64,000 bases of DNA from an uncultured Acidimicrobiaceae bacterium (GTDB taxonomy: Bacteria; Actinomycetota; Acidimicrobiia; Acidimicrobiales; Bog-793). Below, in pieces: positions 1-9,240 of the stretch. A program made the translations under genes and the position numbers. Within the stretch, counting starts at the first letter, position 1, and each line of letters opens with the position of its first letter. The DNA lies in the NCBI GenBank assembly GCA_963725355.1, contig CAVRYE010000005.1, forward strand, positions 89,103-153,102, in the 5' to 3' direction. Below the pieces are notes generated by a model. The model worked only from the letters and a program-made list of their open reading frames with translations, had not been told where the DNA came from and made no database searches.

Positions 1-420
1 CGTGCCCATCTCGACGGTGACATCGCCCGAGCCGTCCGTTCCTCGGGAGACAACAGCTGCCCGGCGCGTTCCGGCGTCGGTCTCAATGGCCACTGCGGGA
101 CCAGAAACGATGCCCGCCTCAATGACCGCAAGGGCGAAGCAGCGCAGGCCATTGCCACTAGTCTCTGCCCGTCCCCCGTCAGCGTTGCGCAGCTCCATTC
201 GGACATCCCCGCCCGAGACGGGGTCCCGTAGCACGAGAAGACCGTCGGCCCCGATACCAAAGTGGCGATCGCACAGTGCCCACGCGAGGCCCGCGACGCG
301 GTCGAGGCCAGACTGTGACACCGCGAGCTCCCCGGCCGCGGCGTCGAGCGCCTCGCCGTCCAAGCAGGCGAGGAAGTCGTTCCCGAGGCCGTGGAGTTTG
401 ACCAGCGCCAGCACGCCCAT
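1..420 (-). CDS. dapF: diaminopimelate epimerase, N-terminal 140 codons (gene continues past the window start)
   Basis: Own minus-strand translation from ATG 420..418 to the window edge, no stop: MGVLALVKLHGLGNDFLACLDG...RMELRNADGGRAETSGNGLRCFALAV. HGxGNDF and NADGxxAxxxGNGxRC are DapF hallmarks. Absent from the ORF track because it has no stop in the window. ATGA overlap with the miaA stop. Confidence 0.85.
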   Translation of the reverse strand, partial: MGVLALVKLHGLGNDFLACLDGEALDAAAGELAVSQSGLDRVAGLAWALCDRHFGIGADGLLVLRDPVSGGDVRMELRNADGGRAETSGNGLRCFALAVIEAGIVSGPAVAIETDAGTRRAAVVSRGTDGSGDVTVEMGT

Positions 421-1403
421 CAGTGTCGCACGGCCACGGCGCTGTCGGCGTGTCCCAAAATCGCCTGCACAGCCTCGTAGAGGTCACTGCGATCGGCCCG
501 TAGCCAGCTCACTCGTGGGTCGCGCCTGAACCACGCCTCTTGGCGGCGGGCGAGGGAGCGAAGGCGGCGGAGCGACTCGGCCTTGGCCTGCTCCAGCGGC
601 GCGCCATCTTCGATATGGCTGAGCAGTTCCCGGTAGCCGATTGCCTGCCGAGCTGTCCGCGACAACCCGGCCGGCCTCAGTGAAAGGGCACGAACCTCCT
701 CGAGCAGCCCGCGGGCGAGCTGCTCGTCGAAGCGGGTCGCCAAGCGGCGGTCGAGCTCACCGCGTTCGAGCTCGAGCCCGACGATGACCGCCGTCGTCGG
801 CGCGTAGGCGACGAGCCCGGGCCCGAATGACGAGAAGGGGCGTCCTGTCCCGAGGGTCACCTCGAGGGCCCGCACGATCCTGCGCCGGTTGGCCGGCTCG
901 ACGCGCTGGGCCGCTACCGGGTCCAGCTCGCGCAGGCGGCCGAACAGCTCGGCCAGACCTCCGGGCCGCTCAGCCTCTTCCTCGAGCTCGGCCACCAGCT
1001 GCGGGAACCGGGCCGGTATGGAGAGCGAGTCCAGTACCGCGCGGTGATAGAGGCCGGTGCCACCGACGAGGACGGGCACGTGACCGCGTGCTTCGATCCC
1101 CTCGAGGGCGCCCATCGCCTCGGCCTGGAACGCGGCCACCGAGAACTGCTGGGAGGGGTCGACGATGTCGATGAGGTGCCAGGAAGCCTCGGCCCGTTCG
1201 GCCGGTGTGGGTTTAGCCGTTCCGATGTCCAAGAAGCGGTAGACAGCCATGGCGTCAACCGAGACGAGCTCGTAGCGGCCCGGCTGGCGACGCGCCATCT
1301 CCAGGGCGAGAGCAGTCTTTCCCGTACCGGTCGCGCCCACGATGGCGACGCGGGGCGCTACGACCTCGGCGCGGCCCTGATCGGGGCTTTGGGAGAGGTT
1401 CAG
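420..1403 (-). CDS. miaA: tRNA dimethylallyltransferase
   Basis: C-terminal ~315 aa of track ORF 420..1832: P-loop VAIVGATGTGKTALA, DIGTAKP, LVGGTGLY, IGYREL. The first ~140 aa of the track ORF overlap hpf and are not MiaA-like. The start is uncertain: CTG 1403 (CTGA overlap with the hpf stop) or GTG 1340. Confidence 0.85.
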   Translation of the reverse strand: MNLSQSPDQGRAEVVAPRVAIVGATGTGKTALALEMARRQPGRYELVSVDAMAVYRFLDIGTAKPTPAERAEASWHLIDIVDPSQQFSVAAFQAEAMGALEGIEARGHVPVLVGGTGLYHRAVLDSLSIPARFPQLVAELEEEAERPGGLAELFGRLRELDPVAAQRVEPANRRRIVRALEVTLGTGRPFSSFGPGLVAYAPTTAVIVGLELERGELDRRLATRFDEQLARGLLEEVRALSLRPAGLSRTARQAIGYRELLSHIEDGAPLEQAKAESLRRLRSLARRQEAWFRRDPRVSWLRADRSDLYEAVQAILGHADSAVAVRH

Positions 1404-1753
1404 GCCGAGGGCTCCGTCGCTCGTGGGCTCGCCGCCCCGTGGCGTGGGCGCGAGCGGTGCACGAGCCGGTCCTGCATCCGGGTGAGCCGCACCGCTTCTT
1501 TGCTCATGGCGGCCTCGAGCGCGTCCTTTGCCGCGTGGGCGCTGGCCCGTACCCGCACTGAGCGGCCCCGGGCCACGACCAGCACCTCGCAGGTCACATG
1601 GCCGTCGTCGCGCGCCGCATGGTCCCGGGTAAAGATGACCTCTGCTGTCTTGGATCCCTCGAGGAACCGCTCCAGGTGCTGGGCCTTTTCCACCGCGGCC
1701 TGGCGAAGCTGGTCGGGGATGTCCAAGTGGCGGGTCTGCACCGTGATCTCCAT
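1400..1753 (-). CDS. hpf: ribosome hibernation promoting factor / RaiA family, short form (117 aa)
   Basis: MEITVQTRHLDIPDQLRQAAVEKAQHLERF...HVTCEVLVVARG matches the sigma-54-modulation/RaiA fold. AAGGAG lies 7 nt upstream of the ATG. Confidence 0.8.
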   Translation of the reverse strand: MEITVQTRHLDIPDQLRQAAVEKAQHLERFLEGSKTAEVIFTRDHAARDDGHVTCEVLVVARGRSVRVRASAHAAKDALEAAMSKEAVRLTRMQDRLVHRSRPRHGAASPRATEPSA

Positions 1754-2108
1754 GGAGCGGCTCCTTAATGATCAGGCACTCAGTCAGGGACCAATGACGG
1801 GCAAACGCGGCTGACCTGGTCTTTGACCCCACACTCGCCTGCTGAGGGTGTCCCGTGCCTGGCGTAGGAGGATGTCCTCACCCCACCCCTGCCACACCGC
1901 AGATCACGGTTGCTCCCTTCTCCCGCCGGCACCGCCAATCGGTACCTTGCAGGGCAGGGCTTACTTCTAAACCGCACCATGCTCAGCGACCACGAGTCGC
2001 CTTACGTGGGTCGTTTCGCCTGCGACTGGCATCGACTTGCAACCACAGACCCGCGCAGCCCATCGAGGCCAAGTCTACGCGCCCGCACCTTCGACACCGG
2101 CGCGCAGC

Positions 2109-3392
2109 TCAGGTACCAATCGTCCAAGAAGCTATATAGGCCTGCTGGGACACGGTCGGCTCGTCGAGGACGATCCCCATCGTGTCGAGCTTCAGTTCGG
2201 CGATCCTCGCGTCGATTTCGGCCGGTACCTCGTGGACGCGATTTGTGAGCAGGCCGCGGTCTTTGACGAGCCACTCAGCTACGAGGGCCTGGTTGGCAAA
2301 AGAGAGATCCATCACCGCCGCGGGGTGGCCCTCTGCCGCGCTCAGGTTGACGAGCCGGCCCTCGGCAAGCACGAGTATGCGGCGGGACGAGCCGTCCTGG
2401 GCAACGATGGTGAACTCCTCGACCATCGGGCGGACGAGCCGCCGCTTGCCCTCGGCCATCTCATCAAGAGCGACGAGGTCGATCTCGACATCGAAGTGAC
2501 CTGCGTTGGCGAGGATTGCCCCATCGCGCATCTTCGCGAAGTGCTCGGCTCGAAGAACATCCCGGTTTCCGGTCACGGTCACGAACACCTCACCTTTTCC
2601 GCACGCGACCTGCATCGGCTCGACCTCGAAACCGTCGGTGACGGCCTCAAGGGCACGAAGGGGGTCTATCTCGGTGACGGTCACCAGCGCACCCATCCCC
2701 CTCGCCCGGGCGGCCACCCCCTTTCCGGAGTAGCCGTAGCCGGCCACGACAAAGCGCTTCCCGGCGAGCAGGATATTCGTGGCCCGGACAATGCCGTCGA
2801 TCGTGGACTGGCCGGTCCCGTGACGGTTGTCGAACAGGCGCTTTGTGGCGGCGTCGTTCACAGCGACGATCGGATAGCGCAAGATGCCCGCCATCTCCAT
2901 CGCCCTCAGGCGGATGACCCCGGTACGCGTGTCCTCGGTGCCGCCGATCAGCTCGGGGAGCTGGTCGGGTCGAAACTGGTGGAGTCGTGAGACAAGGTCA
3001 CAGCCGTCGTCCATGGTGAGACGGGGATGCCCGTCCAACACGGCGTCTATGTGGCTGTAGTAGCTCGCCTGGGTCTCGCCTTTGACGGCGAATGTGGCGA
3101 TGCCCTCGTCGGCGACGAGGGCAGCGGCGACGTCGTCCTGGGTCGAGAGCGGGTTCGAGGCACATGCGAGAACGGTGGCTCCCCCTGCTTTCAACGTCTT
3201 TAGAAAGGTCGCCGTTTCGGTGGTGATGTGTAGGCATGCACCTACTACAAGGCCGTCCAAAGGACGCTCGCGCGCGAACCGCTCCCTGACCGAGGCGAGC
3301 ACGGGCATCTCGGCGTCCGACCAGGCGATCCTGAGCTGGCCGAGGCCGGCAAGGCTTAGGTCGGCGATCTCTGCGTCGGGTCGCAAGCTCAT
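2109..3392 (-). CDS. ahcY: adenosylhomocysteinase (S-adenosyl-L-homocysteine hydrolase)
   Basis: 427 aa with HITTET, SNPLSTQDD, MDDGCDL, GGTEDTRTG, VNDAATKRLFDNRHG, GYGYSGKG, AGHFDVEID and EGRLVNLSAAEGHP. Confidence 0.95.
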   Translation of the reverse strand: MSLRPDAEIADLSLAGLGQLRIAWSDAEMPVLASVRERFARERPLDGLVVGACLHITTETATFLKTLKAGGATVLACASNPLSTQDDVAAALVADEGIATFAVKGETQASYYSHIDAVLDGHPRLTMDDGCDLVSRLHQFRPDQLPELIGGTEDTRTGVIRLRAMEMAGILRYPIVAVNDAATKRLFDNRHGTGQSTIDGIVRATNILLAGKRFVVAGYGYSGKGVAARARGMGALVTVTEIDPLRALEAVTDGFEVEPMQVACGKGEVFVTVTGNRDVLRAEHFAKMRDGAILANAGHFDVEIDLVALDEMAEGKRRLVRPMVEEFTIVAQDGSSRRILVLAEGRLVNLSAAEGHPAAVMDLSFANQALVAEWLVKDRGLLTNRVHEVPAEIDARIAELKLDTMGIVLDEPTVSQQAYIASWTIGT

Positions 3393-3411
3393 CGGCGCGG
3401 CCCCCGAGTGC

Positions 3412-4455
3412 CTACTGCCTCGCCACCTGCAAGAGGCGCTTTACCTCCACGAGGATTGGGACGGGTCCAGGATCGATCCCCTCTCGCGTGGCCAGGTGCA
3501 AGCTCACGAAGTCACCGACCGTGATGAGGTCGAACAGCTGGGCTATCTCGCCCCGTCCCTCGGCCCGCACCTCGATCACCGAGGCCACAGCCTCACCCAC
3601 AAGCTCTTGCACGAGGCCGAAGCGGCGCTGGACCTGTGGGTGTTCGAAGTCTGTGCGCAGCTCCACGATCGTGGTCACCTGTCGAGTCACGTCTCCGTTC
3701 TGTCCGAAGCCGCAGATCTCGTTGTGGCACCACTCCGGCTGAGCGGCATAGAACGCGGGTGCTTTGGCGTTCTCGTTCACCTGGGTCTTCCAGCGCCGGG
3801 CGGCCACAGCTCCGATGCCGCTCGCCCCCTGCACAAGCGGGATCGTGCGGTCGAGCTGCTGGGCTATCTCCAAAGCCACCCCGTCTCCCTCAACAAGGGA
3901 GTCCCGTCGCCGCTTTAACTGCTCGACGGCTGAGGCGATGGCACCGGTCATCCCCTCGAGCAGGCCGAGTCGCTCGGCGGCGATGAGAAGGGGCGCGGTC
4001 GTGGTCGCCACACCGGCGCGCGGTTGAGGGATGCCGGGCACTGTCGAGAACACGGGCGCATTGTGGGCACCCGCCAGCTCAGCGAGGCGTCCGCCCCCTG
4101 TGACCGCGATCAGCCGAGCGCCTCTTCTCAAGGCGGCCTGGGCCGCCTCAAGGGTCTCCTCGGTCTGTCCGGAGAATGAAACGGCGAACACGAGCGTGCC
4201 CGGACCGACAAAGGCCGGCGGCGAGTAGTCACCCGAGAGCACAACAGGCAGGCGCAGCTGGTTCTTACCGACTGCCTGGAGGATCTCACCGGCGACACCG
4301 CTTCCCCCCATGCCGAGCACCACGATCGAGTCAAGGCCCTCGGACGAGGGAAGACCGGGCACCTCGAGCGCCATCGCGGCCGAGACCTCCAGCTGCTCGG
4401 GCAGCCCGGCCGTCGCCTTGAGCATGTCCTGGCTGTCTGGCGAGATCCAGCTCAT
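3412..4455 (-). CDS. bifunctional phosphoglucose/phosphomannose isomerase (SIS family)
   Basis: 347 aa with SIS motifs VLGMGGSGVAGE and AVSFSGQTEETL. Sits in the conserved manB-Trm112-PMI-ahcY order. Confidence 0.8.
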   Translation of the reverse strand: MSWISPDSQDMLKATAGLPEQLEVSAAMALEVPGLPSSEGLDSIVVLGMGGSGVAGEILQAVGKNQLRLPVVLSGDYSPPAFVGPGTLVFAVSFSGQTEETLEAAQAALRRGARLIAVTGGGRLAELAGAHNAPVFSTVPGIPQPRAGVATTTAPLLIAAERLGLLEGMTGAIASAVEQLKRRRDSLVEGDGVALEIAQQLDRTIPLVQGASGIGAVAARRWKTQVNENAKAPAFYAAQPEWCHNEICGFGQNGDVTRQVTTIVELRTDFEHPQVQRRFGLVQELVGEAVASVIEVRAEGRGEIAQLFDLITVGDFVSLHLATREGIDPGPVPILVEVKRLLQVARQ

Positions 4456-4727
4456 CGCGGCTGGGCGCGGCCTGCGCCCTCCCCTGGTTCGAAGTTCTCC
4501 GTTATGTGCTCGGCCTGAGCCTTTGCCATAAGGCGGGCATGCTCGGCATCGGAGACGGCCTCGGCTTCGTCAACGAGCATCACCGGAATGCCGTCGACTA
4601 TTCGGTAACCGCGGTGCAGGCGCGGATTGTAGAGCATCTCCTCGTCTGGGAAGTAGAGCAGCGGTCCTTTGTCCTCAGGGCAAGCGAGGAGCGAGAGCAG
4701 CTGCGGGTCGAGCGGCATGCTTGGCAC
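4452..4727 (-). CDS. Trm112-like small protein (DUF343/UPF0434)
   Basis: 91 aa, LLSLLACPEDKGPLLYFPDEEMLYNPRLHRGYRIVDGIPVMLVDEA. ATGA overlap with the downstream PMI gene. Confidence 0.75.
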   Translation of the reverse strand: MPSMPLDPQLLSLLACPEDKGPLLYFPDEEMLYNPRLHRGYRIVDGIPVMLVDEAEAVSDAEHARLMAKAQAEHITENFEPGEGAGRAQPR

Positions 4728-4750
4728 CTTTCGTCGTCATGAGACCGTGG

Positions 4751-6181
4751 TCAAAGCTGGGCGCTTCCTGCAAACTGATGGATGAGCCTGAGCACCTCGT
4801 CAAGGTGTCTGTCGCGCTCTTTCGCGTCGCGAGCCTCAAGATTGAGCCTCAACAGTGGCTCTGTGTTCGACGGGCGCAGGTTGAACCACCAGTCGCCCTC
4901 CTGGACAGTGATGCCGTCGAGGTCATCGATCTCGGCGCCCGCCGCTTTGTAGTGCGCGGCCACCTTGTCGATCACCTCGGCCGGGTGAGCCACCTCGGTG
5001 TTGATCTCGCCTGAGTCCGAGTAGCGCTCGAACTGCAGCCTGAACTCCGAGAGCGGGACCCCGGCCTTGGAGACGGCTTCGAGCACGACGAGGGCGGCGA
5101 TGATGCCCGAGTCGGCCCGGTAGTTGTCACGGAAGTAGTAGTGCCCGGAGTGCTCTCCGCCGAAGATGGCACCGGTCTCGGCCATCACCGCCTTTATGAA
5201 CGAGTGGCCTACCCGGGTGCGGATGGGGATGCCGCCCTGCTCGATCACAATCTCGGGCACGGCGTGCGAGCAGATGAGGTTGTAGAGGATCTTCGCCCCC
5301 GGGTGACGCTGGAGCATGGTTGCGGCAACGATCGACGTTGTCAGTGAGCCAGACAACGGCTCAGCCTTCTCGTCGACGAGAAAGACCCGGTCGGCGTCGC
5401 CGTCGAAGGCGAGACCGACATCGGCATGGTCCTCGAGGATCCGAGCCCTCAAGTCAGCCAGGTTCTTCACCTGGATCGGGTCGGCCGGATGGTTCGGAAA
5501 TGTGCCGTCGAGCTCGGCGAAGAGGATCTCGAGTTTGAAAGGCAGGCCTGCGAACACCCGAGGGGCAACGAGGCCCCCCATGCCGTTGGCGGTGTCGGCG
5601 ATCACCTTCAGCGGCTTGAGGCTCGCCACATCCACGAACGAACGCACATGCGCGGCGAAGTCGTCGAGCAGGTCGAGGCGCTCGACGCGCTCGTCACCGA
5701 CAACGGCTGCGGCCCCACCGTCACCTGGGGCGTCGCCGTAGGCCGTTATCGCCACGCTGGCTATCTCGCCCAGACCCGAGTCGCGCCCGATTGGGCGGGC
5801 CCCAGGCAGACAGAGCTTGATGCCGTTGTAGGCGGGCGGGTTGTGCGACGCCGTGAGCATCGCCCCGGCCAGGTTGAGCTTGCCGGAGGCGAAATAGAGC
5901 AGGTCCGTCGAGGCGAGGCCGATGTCGACGACGCCGAGGCCGGCCGCGAGCACTCCGGCGCTGAAGGCCCGGCTCAGTTCGAGACCTGACTCGCGGATGT
6001 CACGCCCGAGCACGACCCGGGGATCCGACACCTGTTGGGCGAGCACGAAGGTGCCAAAGCCGACACCGACGGCATAAGCCATGCGGGCGTCGAGCTCGTC
6101 TGGGACCGTGCCCCGGATGTCGTAAGCCTTAAAGACGCTGGAAAAACGAGACTCTGCGGACTGTGACGGCTCAGGTGTCAT
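4751..6181 (-). CDS. manB: phosphomannomutase/phosphoglucomutase
   Basis: 476 aa with the active-site loop TASHNPPAYNGIK and the metal loop FDGDADRVFLVD. Confidence 0.92.
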   Translation of the reverse strand: MTPEPSQSAESRFSSVFKAYDIRGTVPDELDARMAYAVGVGFGTFVLAQQVSDPRVVLGRDIRESGLELSRAFSAGVLAAGLGVVDIGLASTDLLYFASGKLNLAGAMLTASHNPPAYNGIKLCLPGARPIGRDSGLGEIASVAITAYGDAPGDGGAAAVVGDERVERLDLLDDFAAHVRSFVDVASLKPLKVIADTANGMGGLVAPRVFAGLPFKLEILFAELDGTFPNHPADPIQVKNLADLRARILEDHADVGLAFDGDADRVFLVDEKAEPLSGSLTTSIVAATMLQRHPGAKILYNLICSHAVPEIVIEQGGIPIRTRVGHSFIKAVMAETGAIFGGEHSGHYYFRDNYRADSGIIAALVVLEAVSKAGVPLSEFRLQFERYSDSGEINTEVAHPAEVIDKVAAHYKAAGAEIDDLDGITVQEGDWWFNLRPSNTEPLLRLNLEARDAKERDRHLDEVLRLIHQFAGSAQL

Positions 6182-6202
6182 CGCAGCCGAGCCTACTCGG
6201 AC

Positions 6203-7093
6203 TCATCGCGACGCCACTATGGCGACGATCGTGACGGTGTTGAACGCCATGTGGGCGATGATCGAGGGTCCCAGGCGACCGGTGCGCCAGGCGAGATAGC
6301 CGAGCACCGCCCCGAAGGCGGCCAATCCGAGGAACTGCAGCGCCTCGAAGTGGGCGAGCGCGAAGACGAGAGCGGTCAGGGTGATCGACACGGCCGGCGC
6401 GAGGCGCTGGCCGAGGTCCTCGAGACTGCCAAGAAGGGCCCGCATGAGCAGGCCACGGAAGAACAGCTCCTCGATGAGCGGGCTGCCGAGGCATACGAGG
6501 ACCGAGATGACGATGAGTCCTGTGCCAAAGGCGTGGCCGGTGAGGTTCTGGGCGGGATGACCGAGACGACTGTAAAGGTGGTGCACGAAAGGCAAAAGGG
6601 GCGCCTCGGCAACGGGGACGAGCAGGTACTGCGAGGCCACGCCGGCGACAATCCCGAGCGGGATGTCGGGCCAGGGCCTAAGGACCAGGCCATAGTCGCG
6701 CACGACACTTCCGGTGCCATGACGCTCAGCTCGCCCGGGCGTGCCGGCTCGCCGGGCGCCAGCAAGCTCAAGATGGGCCGCCAACCTGGTCGCGATGACC
6801 GCGGCCCCGACAAATCCCACCCACAGCCCGACGAGGCTCACGACCTCCTCGCCGTACTGACTCGCCTGCTGGCCGTGAGGAGTCGAGGCGGCGTAGGCCG
6901 ACACCGCCAAGGTAGCTAGCAGGAATCCGCCCAAGAGGCCGAACGCCGCTTCAACCAAGCCGAAATGGTTGGCCACCGGCGGCGACGGTGGATCAGGCAC
7001 GGCTTTTTTGAGCTGGGACGTGGCCGCCAGCCTCGGGCGCCCACGGCGAAGATTCACGCCTGCGAGCGTCGTCGCCAGGAGCCCTGCGGTCAA
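6203..7093 (-). CDS. CPBP (CAAX) family intramembrane metalloprotease
   Basis: Polytopic protein with EELFFRGLL, FALAHFE and IAHMAFN motifs. Confidence 0.85.
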   Translation of the reverse strand: MTAGLLATTLAGVNLRRGRPRLAATSQLKKAVPDPPSPPVANHFGLVEAAFGLLGGFLLATLAVSAYAASTPHGQQASQYGEEVVSLVGLWVGFVGAAVIATRLAAHLELAGARRAGTPGRAERHGTGSVVRDYGLVLRPWPDIPLGIVAGVASQYLLVPVAEAPLLPFVHHLYSRLGHPAQNLTGHAFGTGLIVISVLVCLGSPLIEELFFRGLLMRALLGSLEDLGQRLAPAVSITLTALVFALAHFEALQFLGLAAFGAVLGYLAWRTGRLGPSIIAHMAFNTVTIVAIVASR

Positions 7094-7200
7094 GCGCGAG
7101 CACGAACGCGGCCCGCACCGAAACAGACCCCGGCCCCTGAACTTTGCCCGCGACAGCCCCGCGGACCGGCCTTGGCTCGCCGCCGCCTACGATAGGCGGC

Positions 7201-9204
7201 GTGAGCCGTCAGCCTCAAGACATGCGCCCCGGAAATGGACCGGGAAGGACAGGACCCGGTGCCTCCTCGGGCTCGGACCAGGTCTGGCGCTGGGCCATAG
7301 CTCTGGTAGTCGTGGTCCTCATCGTGCTTTTCATTGGCTCGGGCATGTTCAACAAGACGACCTCGAAGGCGCTTCAGTTCTCTCAGTTCCAGCACGACCT
7401 CGTCACCCACCAGGTCAAAACCGCCAACTTCAACAACTCGACCGGTGGCATTACCGGCACCCTCACCGACGGCACGCACTACACCTCGACCGGACCGAGC
7501 CAGCTTCCCGACTCGTTCTACGCCGAGCTCAAGGCCTCCGGAATCAAGTACACCTTCTCGACGCCCAGCTCGAGCGCCCTCGGCGAGATCCTCATCTACC
7601 TGCTCCCGGTGGCGTTGATCATCGGGTTCTTCGTTTGGATGTCGCGCCGTGCCCAGGGCCAGATGTCAGGCATCATGTCGATAGGAAGGTCGCGGGCCAA
7701 GGTATACACCGCTGAGCGCCCGCGGACCACCTTCGACGATGTGGCCGGCTATCAGGGCGTCAAGCAGGAGATCTCTGAGGTCGTCGACTTCCTGAAGTCA
7801 CCCGGACGCTTCAAAGAAATTGGCGCACGAGTGCCAAAAGGCGTCCTTCTCGTCGGACCGCCCGGGACAGGCAAGACCCTCCTCGCCCGCGCCGTTGCCG
7901 GCGAGGCAGGTGTCCCCTTCTTGTCGGTGAGCGGGTCGGACTTCATGGAGATGTTCGTAGGCGTAGGCGCCAGCAGGGTCCGCGACCTCTTCCAGACCGC
8001 CCGCAAGCAGGCCCCGGCCATCATCTTTGTCGACGAGATCGACTCGATCGGTCGAAAGCGCGGCGCCGGGCTCGGCGGCGGCCACGACGAGCGCGAGCAG
8101 ACGCTCAACCAGATGCTCTCCGAGATGGACGGCTTCGACGTGGCCGAGGGCATAGTGATCATGGCCGCCACGAACCGCCCGGACATCTTGGACCCAGCCC
8201 TGTTGCGTCCCGGCCGGTTCGACCGCCAGATTGTCGTTCCTCTCCCGGACCTCGACGAGCGCCTCCCTATCTTGAAGGTGCACTGCAAGGACAAGCGCAT
8301 GGGGCCCGACGTGGACCTGTCCATCATCGCCCGGGGCACTCCGGGGATGTCGGGCGCCGACCTTGCCAACTTGGTCAACGAAGCGGCGCTGCATGCGGTA
8401 AGGCGCGGGAGCCAGTTCATTGAGATGCGTGACTTCGACGCCGCGAGAGACCGTATCTTGATGGGCCAGCCCCGGGACTCTCTCGTGCTCTCAGAGCTCG
8501 AACGGGCCCGTGTCGCCTTCCACGAGGGTGGCCACGCAGTGCTCGCCTACGTGCTTCCTCACGCCGACCCACTGCTCAAGGTGAGCATCATCCCGACCGG
8601 GCTCGCCCTCGGTGTCACCCAGCAGCTGCCGACCGAGGAGAGGCACCTCTACCCCCGCGAGTACATCGAGGACGCCCTCGTCGTTCGCATGGGTGGCCGC
8701 GTGGCCGAGCTGATGATCTACGGGGACCTCTCCACCGGGGCGAGCGACGACCTGCAGCGCAACACCGAGCTGGCCCGCAAGATGGTGCGCGAGTGGGGCA
8801 TGTCTGAGCGTGTCGGGCCGATGGCCTGGGGCTCGCAGGGCATGGTCTTTTTGGGCGAGGACCTCATGCACACTCGTGACTACTCGGAGGACACGAGCCG
8901 AGTCGTCGACGAGGAGGTAGCCCGCATCCTTCGCGAGCAGGAGGCAAGGGCGACCGCTGTGCTGCGCGAGCACAAGGCTGGCCTCGAGGCAGTGGCGGCA
9001 GCGCTTTTGGAGTTCGAGACCGTTGACGGAGCCGAGATAGCCCGCCTCGTAGACGTCGCCTACGGCAAGCCCGTGCACGGCCCGGCCGAGGGCGAGGAGA
9101 AGCGCACGACCGAGCGCTACGCGCCATCGCTCTCCGGTGGCGTCATGGCGACACCGCCGGTGTCGGTGCTGCCCTCCACGGGCGTTCCGAAGACCGACGT
9201 CTGA
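7201..9204 (+). CDS. ftsH: ATP-dependent zinc metalloprotease FtsH
   Basis: Walker [22 protein letters not shown] second region and zinc site HEGGHA. The track ORF starts at 7144; GTG 7201 or ATG 7219 are plausible starts. Confidence 0.95.
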   Translation: MSRQPQDMRPGNGPGRTGPGASSGSDQVWRWAIALVVVVLIVLFIGSGMFNKTTSKALQFSQFQHDLVTHQVKTANFNNSTGGITGTLTDGTHYTSTGPSQLPDSFYAELKASGIKYTFSTPSSSALGEILIYLLPVALIIGFFVWMSRRAQGQMSGIMSIGRSRAKVYTAERPRTTFDDVAGYQGVKQEISEVVDFLKSPGRFKEIGARVPKGVLLVGPPGTGKTLLARAVAGEAGVPFLSVSGSDFMEMFVGVGASRVRDLFQTARKQAPAIIFVDEIDSIGRKRGAGLGGGHDEREQTLNQMLSEMDGFDVAEGIVIMAATNRPDILDPALLRPGRFDRQIVVPLPDLDERLPILKVHCKDKRMGPDVDLSIIARGTPGMSGADLANLVNEAALHAVRRGSQFIEMRDFDAARDRILMGQPRDSLVLSELERARVAFHEGGHAVLAYVLPHADPLLKVSIIPTGLALGVTQQLPTEERHLYPREYIEDALVVRMGGRVAELMIYGDLSTGASDDLQRNTELARKMVREWGMSERVGPMAWGSQGMVFLGEDLMHTRDYSEDTSRVVDEEVARILREQEARATAVLREHKAGLEAVAAALLEFETVDGAEIARLVDVAYGKPVHGPAEGEEKRTTERYAPSLSGGVMATPPVSVLPSTGVPKTDV

Positions 9205-9240
9205 CCTCGCCGCCGCCCGCTGGCGCCAGAAGAGGGCGCC

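Noticed and set aside
2-529. Track ORFs 2..529 (+) and 179..487 (-) at the window start.
   Set aside because: These are Arg/Pro/Ala-rich alternative frames of the dapF coding region. The DapF frame (not in the track) carries clear family motifs.
1404-1832. N-terminal 140 aa of the 470-aa track ORF 420..1832.
   Set aside because: It overlaps the well-supported hpf gene in another frame and is Gly/Arg/Pro-rich nonsense. MiaA homology begins only at ~1364.
1780-2248. Small ORFs in the hpf-ahcY gap (1780..1980 -, 1855..2139 +, 1910..2248 +).
   Set aside because: Their composition is Arg/Pro/Ser-rich, with no SD and no family resemblance. They are typical high-GC open frames.
3393-3411. Possible SAH riboswitch upstream of ahcY.
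   Set aside because: Only 19 nt separate ahcY from the upstream gene, which leaves no room for the element.
9222-9240. GGCGCC-N7-GGCGCC hairpin between the convergent ftsH and DUF5719-like genes as a bidirectional terminator.
   Set aside because: The stem is only 6 bp, cannot be extended and has no U-tract. This is too weak to call.
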